Shown: in pieces, positions 9,454 through 15,851 of the stretch
Position numbering within the stretch: position 1 is the stretch's first letter
How the letters are laid out: each line of letters opens with the position of its first letter
DNA from: an uncultured bacterium
GTDB lineage: Bacteria; Hydrogenedentota; Hydrogenedentia; Hydrogenedentales; JAEUWI01
Assembly: GCA_963977445.1 (NCBI GenBank)
Contig: CAXBPH010000055.1
Coordinates: 1-31,696 of the forward strand
DNA: 31,696 bases
Direction: 5' to 3'
Notes under the pieces: generated by a model
What the model saw: the letters and a program-made list of their open reading frames with translations, nothing else
Told to the model about the DNA's origin: nothing
The model's database searches: none
Translations under genes and position numbers: made by a program

Positions 9454-9570
9454 AGCCCCGATCGGAAAGGGGCGTTGCAGTTCCCGTTGTTGGGGTGACA
9501 CGTGTTGGGGGCTTTCGGTAGTATGCGTCTATCAGGCGTATTCGTTTTAACCCCGTCGGGAGTGTTTGTT

Positions 9571-10644
9571 TTGAACTATGTTTTTTCGTTGCTGACCGTA
9601 ATTGCTGTTGCCTCCACCACATTTGCCGAAGAGCTTCCGCCCAATAGTGCGGTGAGCACCTATCTTGAGCGCAATCTGGAAACGGTGGATCCGCAGATGG
9701 CGTGGTCGGCGACTTCGGTGGCGGAACACGAGGCATGGCGGGCTCCCTTTCGCGCGAAGGTGATGGAACTGCTGGGGGAATGGCCGACGAAGGTGGCGTC
9801 GGACGTGCGGTGGGATGACGCGGACGTGTTGGAGACGGACACGTTCCTTCGCCGTAAGGTCCACGTGCGTACCGAAGAAAACTATTGGGCACCCGCCTAT
9901 TACTACACACCGAAAAACGTGACGGGGAAACGGCCCACCATCCTTTGCTTTCATGGACACAGTGGCATACTCCCCTACATCCGTGAGGGGTCGGACGAGC
10001 AGAAGGCCAAGGGGGAGATGCATCACCTCGATTATGCGCCCTATTTTGCGGAGCATGGCTATGCCGTGCTGGCGGTGGTGCAGCGGGGGTGGAATGAGAC
10101 GGCGAGCGACAAGCCCCACAGTTGCGAGCGTTTGAGCCGTGCGGGCTTTCTGGTAAACCGTACGCCTATCGGTATGCGTGTCTGGGATGCCATGCGGCTG
10201 GTGGATTTTCTGGAGACCCAGCCGGAAGTGGATTCGGAGCGTATTGCCAGTGCAGGCCTTTCGGGGGGCGGAACGACGTCGTTGTTCTTCTCGGCGCTGG
10301 ATGATCGCGTGAAGGCGTCCATCGTGGCGGGCTATTTCTGCACCTTCCGGGATTCGATTTATAGCATCCGTCACTGCATCTGCAACACGATTCCAGGTGT
10401 GATGAATTACGGTGAGATGAGTGATGTGGCGGCCCTGATCGCACCACGACCGGCCCTCGTGATCAGCGGCACGAAGGACGAGATATTCCCCATTGACGCC
10501 ACGCGGGAAGCCTATGCGACGCTTTCGCGCACCTATGAGGTGTTGGGTGCCGGTGAGAATCTGGAGAGCGATTTCTTCGAAGGGGTCCACGAGTGGAGTA
10601 ATGGGAAGACGCTACCGTTTCTGGCGGCGCACCTGGGCAAATAG
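9571..10644 (+). CDS. Secreted alpha/beta hydrolase (dienelactone hydrolase / acetylxylan esterase-like)
   Basis: LCFHGH, nucleophile GLSGGG, HCICN, GTKDEIFP and GVHEW. TTG start at 9571 follows GGGAG and gives a signal peptide ending TFA-EE. Confidence 0.88.
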   Translation: MNYVFSLLTVIAVASTTFAEELPPNSAVSTYLERNLETVDPQMAWSATSVAEHEAWRAPFRAKVMELLGEWPTKVASDVRWDDADVLETDTFLRRKVHVRTEENYWAPAYYYTPKNVTGKRPTILCFHGHSGILPYIREGSDEQKAKGEMHHLDYAPYFAEHGYAVLAVVQRGWNETASDKPHSCERLSRAGFLVNRTPIGMRVWDAMRLVDFLETQPEVDSERIASAGLSGGGTTSLFFSALDDRVKASIVAGYFCTFRDSIYSIRHCICNTIPGVMNYGEMSDVAALIAPRPALVISGTKDEIFPIDATREAYATLSRTYEVLGAGENLESDFFEGVHEWSNGKTLPFLAAHLGK

Positions 10645-10715
10645 ATTTGGTTCATGGGCAATTAATGGGTACCCCACTAAGACTCACTCCGCCAAAACAA
10701 ACGGAACCCACCAAT

Positions 10716-10928
10716 CGTGCCGCGCGATCCGGTATTTCCGGTCGAAGATGCGCCGCAGGAGGATTCGTGCGCGGATTAGGAGGTATGACTACGTCTCCAC
10801 ATCAAGGCCAAGCACAAGCACAATGCTCTATTCCCAATGACCTCTTGAAGACTTCCCACAACTACATAGATCCCAACGACGTCCCACAGCCCCTTCGCAC
10901 GAACTGGAGTACCAGATCGCGCGGCACG
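10716..10928. repeat. Palindromic element, family B, copy 1
   Basis: 14-bp terminal IR CGTGCCGCGCGATC (10716-10729 / 10915-10928) and inner IR TTCGTGCG (10764-10771 / 10896-10903). Related to 18245-18396. Confidence 0.8.
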
Positions 10929-11071
10929 TCCATGGTTTGTAATTCTAGCTGCAAAAGGTTGGGTAACGACATGGTTTACAAGAACTCATCGAGCGATCCT
11001 TTTACCTCCGCCACTGGTAATAAAGAATAAATCATCCCCACCGATTGCCCAAGAACCCTGGTTTTGACGGG

Positions 11072-11097
11072 GTCGGGGCTTCGCGTCCCGACTTTTT
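11072..11097 (+). terminator. Intrinsic terminator between the convergent hydrolase and GntR genes
   Basis: GTCGGGGC-TTCGC-GTCCCGAC stem-loop followed by TTTTT. Confidence 0.65.
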
Positions 11098-11104
11098 GAA
11101 TCGG

Positions 11105-11794
11105 TCAGGTGACGGTGCCTTCGATGTGGGCGCGGAGTACGTTGCGCACCAGGTCGCGGTCGGCCCGTTCGATGCCTTCCACGATGAGGTGGTGTTCACG
11201 GATGGCCCGCTGGGCATCTTCGCTGGGCTTGGGGTCGGCAATGGTGGAGGCGAGGAAATAGTCGGACAGTACCCGGTGCATGCCGGCGATGAGCTCGTTG
11301 CCCGTCATATCCAGAAAGAGGCAGTGAAAGGCCAGATCGACCTGATCGGCATCGGGACTGTGGCCATGGACCCGGGCGATTTTTTCGAAATCCTCGGCGC
11401 GGCGACGTAGTTCGACCATTTGCGCCGGGGTCGCGTTGGGTACGGCAAGGTCCACGGCACCCACTTCCAACACGTAGCGGAGCTGGGCGAGGTTGGTGAG
11501 GGCCTGCGAGTTGGCACCCCGGCCATAGAGGGGCACCCATCGCTCCATTTGCTCCACGGGGTCGGGCCGGTCAATGAGGAGCCCTTTCCGCTGGCGGCTC
11601 TTCAAGATACCCATGGCCCGGAGCTGGCTGAGGGCTTCCCGCGAAATGCTGCGGGAGACGGCGTAATGTTCGGAGACTTGATCGCCGGTCATGAACAATT
11701 CGCCTTCCTGTAAATCGGAGGCAACAATATCGGCGTGAATGCGACTGGCGAGGGTATTAGCCAGGGTATCACTATTGGGTTCGGGAGTGTTCAT
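11105..11794 (-). CDS. GntR-family (FadR subfamily, FCD domain) transcriptional regulator
   Basis: N-terminal wHTH (VSRSISREALSQLRAMGIL...RKG) and FCD features LRYVLEVGA, DLAFH, EHHLIVEGI. Confidence 0.93.
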   Translation of the reverse strand: MNTPEPNSDTLANTLASRIHADIVASDLQEGELFMTGDQVSEHYAVSRSISREALSQLRAMGILKSRQRKGLLIDRPDPVEQMERWVPLYGRGANSQALTNLAQLRYVLEVGAVDLAVPNATPAQMVELRRRAEDFEKIARVHGHSPDADQVDLAFHCLFLDMTGNELIAGMHRVLSDYFLASTIADPKPSEDAQRAIREHHLIVEGIERADRDLVRNVLRAHIEGTVT

Positions 11795-11817
11795 GGGCGA
11801 ATAATACCAATTTTTTC

Positions 11818-11846
11818 TTGACTGAGCAAGCTATTTTGGCTATTTT
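11818..11846 (+). promoter_or_regulatory. Putative sigma70 promoter for the kdsB unit
   Basis: TTGACT - 17 nt - TATTTT in an AT-rich divergent intergenic region. Confidence 0.55.
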
Positions 11847-11863
11847 AGATAGAATTGGATTAA

Positions 11864-11876
11864 AAAGTCATACTTT
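11864..11876. promoter_or_regulatory. Putative FadR/GntR operator
   Basis: Palindrome AAAGT-CAT-ACTTT (GT-N3-AC core, A/T flanks) between the predicted -10 and the kdsB start. Confidence 0.45.
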
Positions 11877-11891
11877 AAAAGAAAGGGCGCA

Positions 11892-12650
11892 ATGTCTACT
11901 CCCAAAGTTGCCGGAATCATACCGGCACGATATGGTTCGTCCCGATTGCCGGGAAAGCCCCTGAAGATGATAGGCACCAAGACGATGATCGAGCGGGTCT
12001 ATGAGCGTTGTCTCATGGCGGAGCTCCTCGATTTTGTGGTGGTCGCTACGGACGACACCCGCATTATGGAGGCTGTCGAGGCCTTCGGCGGGCGTGCGGT
12101 AATGACCAAGGTGGACCACCTCAGTGGCACCGACCGACTTGCCGAGGCGGCGGCCCAACTGGATGCCGATATCATTGTGAATATCCAGGGGGACCAGCCC
12201 TTTGTGGACCCGGTGATGATCAGCGAGGGGGTACAGCCGTTGCTGGACGATCCGACGCTGGCGATTTCGACCTTGATGTATCCCATCAAGCGGGCGGAAG
12301 ACCTGGCGGATCCTGGTGTGGTGAAGGTGGTGACGGATTTGGACGGCAATGCCCTGTATTTTTCCCGTTCCCTGATTCCCTATCCCCGGGAAACTATCGA
12401 ACACGGGGTATATGAACATGTGGGCCTCTACGTGTATCGTAAAGAGACCCTGTTGAAGCTTGCGGACCTGCCACCGACTATACTGGAGCGGGTCGAGTCC
12501 CTCGAACAGTTGCGCTGGTTGCAGCACGGCCTGCGCATTCACGTCCGTGAGACGGGGTGCACCGATCAAGCCTTCAGTGGACTGAGTGTGGATACGGCGG
12601 AAGATCTGGCCCGTGCCGAAGCGTTACTCAACGAACGGGGTGCGGTGTAG
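11892..12650 (+). CDS. kdsB: 3-deoxy-manno-octulosonate cytidylyltransferase (CMP-Kdo synthetase)
   Basis: IIPARYGSSRLPGKPL, ATDD, SGTDR, NIQGDQP, ALYFSRS, ESLEQLRWL and VDTAEDL. Confidence 0.93.
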   Translation: MSTPKVAGIIPARYGSSRLPGKPLKMIGTKTMIERVYERCLMAELLDFVVVATDDTRIMEAVEAFGGRAVMTKVDHLSGTDRLAEAAAQLDADIIVNIQGDQPFVDPVMISEGVQPLLDDPTLAISTLMYPIKRAEDLADPGVVKVVTDLDGNALYFSRSLIPYPRETIEHGVYEHVGLYVYRKETLLKLADLPPTILERVESLEQLRWLQHGLRIHVRETGCTDQAFSGLSVDTAEDLARAEALLNERGAV

Positions 12651-12780
12651 CCGAAGTTTTCTGTGGCCAGTTGGTCGCATAGAAAAATAATTATTGTCGG
12701 GATCACGAAACCAATTACGAAGTACCTACGAAGGTATACGCCCATCAATGTTGTGCAGGGCGTGTGCCGAGGAGAACACC

Positions 12781-14049
12781 ATGAAGATAGATCCCGAGAC
12801 TATGGCAGGCCTGATGGCCAAGCTCGACGAGACCATGCAGGCCCGCGTCAACAAGACGGTGGACGCAATCGTCACGGCCAAAGAAAAAGGCGGTAAGGTG
12901 GCGGTGGTGACCGGAAGCGGTCCCAATATTCACGAAGGGGTGACCACCATGATCGCGGAGCTCATGCGGGTGGGGGTCATCGACGGGGTCACGACAAGTT
13001 CGGCGACCATCTCCCACGAAATGGGGGGGACCCTCGACAAGGTCAAGCGCTGCAATGGAAAAGCGCTCGGTTTGGATCCCTTTCTCTTGCCCCGAGGCCA
13101 TGACTTTGAATTGACGGAAATGGATCCCCATGTGTTGGCCCAGATTGAGGCCCACATGCCGGTGGAATATGCGTTGATAGAGTCACTCAAGAAAGCGGAA
13201 GGTCGCACGATTATCAAGGCGGCCGGTAATCTGGGCTATCCTGTGGGGCTTTGGATTGAGCATCTCTCGTGGGAAATTATGGCATTGGCGAAGAGTTACG
13301 GCGCGAGCTTTGAAGAGATTGCTGGCCTGGGTGCCGACGAGCGCACCATGATCGGTATTGGCGCGAAAATGGGCCTGCCCGTTATGGTGACCATCCCCCA
13401 GTTGATTGGCGGTGGTGCCACGGGGTTGTGTATTGGGGACAGCATCAGCCTGACCGAACGGGCGACGCGACTCGCGCGTATGTTGGCCAGCGCCGATGTC
13501 ATCATCGAATCGGGTGTGGCCCTTACCCAGGAAATTCACGACGGCCCCTTCGAGCGCTACACGGGCCACGGACTCTGGTCTGCCTGGCACGGCCATTTTT
13601 CCTATTCGCTGGAAGGCAAGACGCTGGTGCGCTTCGATTTGGATCCCGCGCTGGAGCAAGTTTATCAGGCGGAGCAAAAGGGGAGTGCGGTCCAACAGGC
13701 CATTGCCGACGGTCAGCCCAAGACCAAATTGTTCAAAGTGCCCTTCCGTATGGAGATGTCCGGCTTTGCTCGCCACGAGGGCAGCATTCCCGTCATCGGC
13801 GACATTGGTGTCATCTGGCCTCTGGTGGCGTGGAAGCTGCAAGAGCGTCTGGGGCTTGATTTGAAATTCATGTCCTATCCCCAGCAGACCGAAGAAGGCC
13901 AGGCCATGCGGGAAATGATTGTGCGTGAGGTGAAGCCCATTGACCGGGAGAAAATGCTCGCGGGACTCAAGGCCCACACGACGGAAAATGCCTGCCGGTG
14001 GAATCGGGCCGAATCGGTGCCGGTTCAGGGTGGTTTTTTGGAGGGGTGA
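12781..14049 (+). CDS. Uncharacterised protein with a deoxyhypusine-synthase-like (NAD-binding) fold
   Basis: TGSGPNIHEGVTTMIAELMRVGVIDGVTTSSATISHE resembles the DHS N-terminal NAD-binding segment; TQEIHDG resembles TAQEFDG; GDIGVIWPLV resembles the DHS C-terminal ADASLVFPLL. ATG 12781 follows GAGGAG. Confidence 0.6.
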   Translation: MKIDPETMAGLMAKLDETMQARVNKTVDAIVTAKEKGGKVAVVTGSGPNIHEGVTTMIAELMRVGVIDGVTTSSATISHEMGGTLDKVKRCNGKALGLDPFLLPRGHDFELTEMDPHVLAQIEAHMPVEYALIESLKKAEGRTIIKAAGNLGYPVGLWIEHLSWEIMALAKSYGASFEEIAGLGADERTMIGIGAKMGLPVMVTIPQLIGGGATGLCIGDSISLTERATRLARMLASADVIIESGVALTQEIHDGPFERYTGHGLWSAWHGHFSYSLEGKTLVRFDLDPALEQVYQAEQKGSAVQQAIADGQPKTKLFKVPFRMEMSGFARHEGSIPVIGDIGVIWPLVAWKLQERLGLDLKFMSYPQQTEEGQAMREMIVREVKPIDREKMLAGLKAHTTENACRWNRAESVPVQGGFLEG

Positions 14050-14145
14050 GGGGACTGCCTCCGCACCAAAAAAAAGATTCGAATGGAAGTTCTCTCCGAA
14101 TCCAGACGATATACGTTTAACAACTACATTAACTTCGGTGTGCGA

Positions 14146-14255
14146 GACTGTACCGGCCGTGTTGGTGACGCCTCACTGACCACGCAAACAAAACGACATG
14201 GCGTACTACCGGTACAGTCCCCAATTCGCCTGGGGCGAATTGGATGACAGTCCCG
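14146..14255. repeat. Palindromic element, family C, copy 1
   Basis: IR GACTGTACCGG (14146-14156 / 14209-14219) and perfect hairpin CCAATTCGCC-TGG-GGCGAATTGG (14221-14243). Segment 14204-14255 matches 18458-18509 at 48/52. Confidence 0.85.
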
Positions 14256-14277
14256 TTGTGACAAGAAAGTGAGCACG

Positions 14278-15459
14278 ATGAAAATCCACTACACTGCGGC
14301 AGTCTCCGGCCTACTCGCCCTGTGCAGCCTGGCTCCCGCTGCGCCTCTTTATCAGACCCAGGATATTTTTCCGCCACAGGAAAAGCACACCCATAGCAGC
14401 AGCCTGGTGGAAACGCCGGAAGGCAATATCCTGGCCTGCTGGTTTCAGGGTTCGGGGGAGCGCACTGCCGACGATGTGGTGGTCAATGGTGCGCGCCTCA
14501 ACAAAGGCGACACGGCATGGAGTTCGATTTTCCTCATGGCGGACACGCCTGATTTTCCGGACACCAATCCCGTGCTGTGGATTAACAAGAACGACGAGTT
14601 GCGCCTCATCTGGTTTCCCGTGTTGGCCCACCGCTGGGAATGTGGCTACCTCAAGTACCGCATTGCAACGGATTACGAAGGTCCCGGCGCGCCGAAGTGG
14701 AGCTGGCAGGATAACATCCACCTGAAGCCGGGCGAAGACTTCGGGCCCATCATGAAGCAGAAGTTCGACGAGATGGGCTTCGACGAAGGCATGTGGGCGG
14801 AGTACGCCCGGCCCTACCGCGAAGACCTGGAGAATGCGGCGAAGGACGCCTACAAACGCCAGACCGGATGGATGCCCCGGGTACACCCGACGACCTTGAA
14901 GAGCGGGCGGGTGCTCCTGCCACTGTACTCCGATGGATTCAATATTTCTCTCATTGCCATCTCCGACGATGACGGGGCCACGTGGTATTCCAGTGAGCCC
15001 CTGGTGGGCGTGGGGCCGACCCAGCCCAGCCTCATCGAAAAGAAAAATGGCACCATTGCGGCCTACATCCGCGACACCGGCGAAGCGCCCTGGCGGATTC
15101 AGTATTCGGAATCCAAGGACGGCGGCGTAAGCTGGAGTCCTTCGGTAGATCTCGATATTCCCAATCCTGACTCGAGCCTGGAAGTGATTCAGTTGAAGAG
15201 CGGCGAGTGGCTCATGGTTTGCAACGACCTCGCCGACAGCCGCGCCCAATTGACGGCCTACCTCTCCGACGATGAGGGGGTGACCTGGAAATGGAAACGG
15301 CACATTGAATCGATCGAATCGGGCGACCACGAATTTTCCTACCCGTCTGTGATTCAAAGCAGGGACGGCAACATACAAATGACCTATACGAGAAAGACCG
15401 ACGCGGGCAAGACCATCGCCCACACCGTGGTGAACATGGAATGGTTGAAGGGTGAATAG
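14278..15459 (+). CDS. Secreted BNR/Asp-box sialidase-like (GH33-fold) protein
   Basis: Signal peptide, HSSSLVE, WFQGSGE, Asp-boxes SDDDGATW, SKDGGVSW and SDDEGVTW, and SYPS near the C-terminus. Alternative GTG start at 14269. Confidence 0.88.
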   Translation: MKIHYTAAVSGLLALCSLAPAAPLYQTQDIFPPQEKHTHSSSLVETPEGNILACWFQGSGERTADDVVVNGARLNKGDTAWSSIFLMADTPDFPDTNPVLWINKNDELRLIWFPVLAHRWECGYLKYRIATDYEGPGAPKWSWQDNIHLKPGEDFGPIMKQKFDEMGFDEGMWAEYARPYREDLENAAKDAYKRQTGWMPRVHPTTLKSGRVLLPLYSDGFNISLIAISDDDGATWYSSEPLVGVGPTQPSLIEKKNGTIAAYIRDTGEAPWRIQYSESKDGGVSWSPSVDLDIPNPDSSLEVIQLKSGEWLMVCNDLADSRAQLTAYLSDDEGVTWKWKRHIESIESGDHEFSYPSVIQSRDGNIQMTYTRKTDAGKTIAHTVVNMEWLKGE

Positions 15460-15570
15460 GGACTGCCTTCGCACTACGGACTGGGAACTAGCCTTTGTCT
15501 CGTCCCCAGTCTCCGCCTTGCTCGCTCGGAAAAACCTGATCGTTACGTTGGATAGGAAAGAAACTGGTAG

Positions 15571-15683
15571 GGGTGCCACCCTTACAGACACGAGGTACGA
15601 GCGACTTTACGGGTGCAAATGCGCGAGCGAGGCCTGCACCCGTAAGCTCCCCCGCTTCGCTCCTCCGCGTAAGGGTGGCACCC
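15571..15683. repeat. Palindromic element, family A, short copy
   Basis: 15-bp terminal IR GGGTGCCACCCTTAC (15571-15585 / 15669-15683), inner IR TTACGGGTGCA (15607-15617 / 15635-15645), and GACACGAGGTACGAG shared with 275-289. Confidence 0.85.
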
Positions 15684-15759
15684 TCGGAAAACTTGTTGTT
15701 GACCACATACTGACCGGGACGGTCGGATTGACCTGGCTAATCACCGTTAATCAAACTCG

Positions 15760-15836
15760 GTGGACATAGTGGACGATGTGGACTTGGTGGACGTTTGGTT
15801 ACCGTCCACCAAGTCCACAACGTCCACCCTGTCCAC
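15760..15836. repeat. Inverted pair of 9-bp-period tandem arrays (family D)
   Basis: GTGGAC at 15760, 15769, 15778 and 15787, then GTCCAC at 15804, 15813, 15822 and 15831. Confidence 0.9.
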
Positions 15837-15851
15837 AAGAAAGCGAGATCC

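Noticed and set aside
10647..11030. 127-aa ORF or a minus-strand pseudogene
   Set aside because: No recognisable motif. The interval is explained by the family B palindrome.
12694..12780. Longer N-terminus for the DHS-like ORF (likewise the track starts at 2848, 9502 and 15795)
   Set aside because: Downstream starts have clearer RBS sequences and/or yield proper signal peptides.
15760..15836. CRISPR array interpretation of the short periodic repeats
   Set aside because: The units are 9 bp with 3-bp variable parts, the arms are inverted, there are no spacer-length uniques and no cas genes are present.
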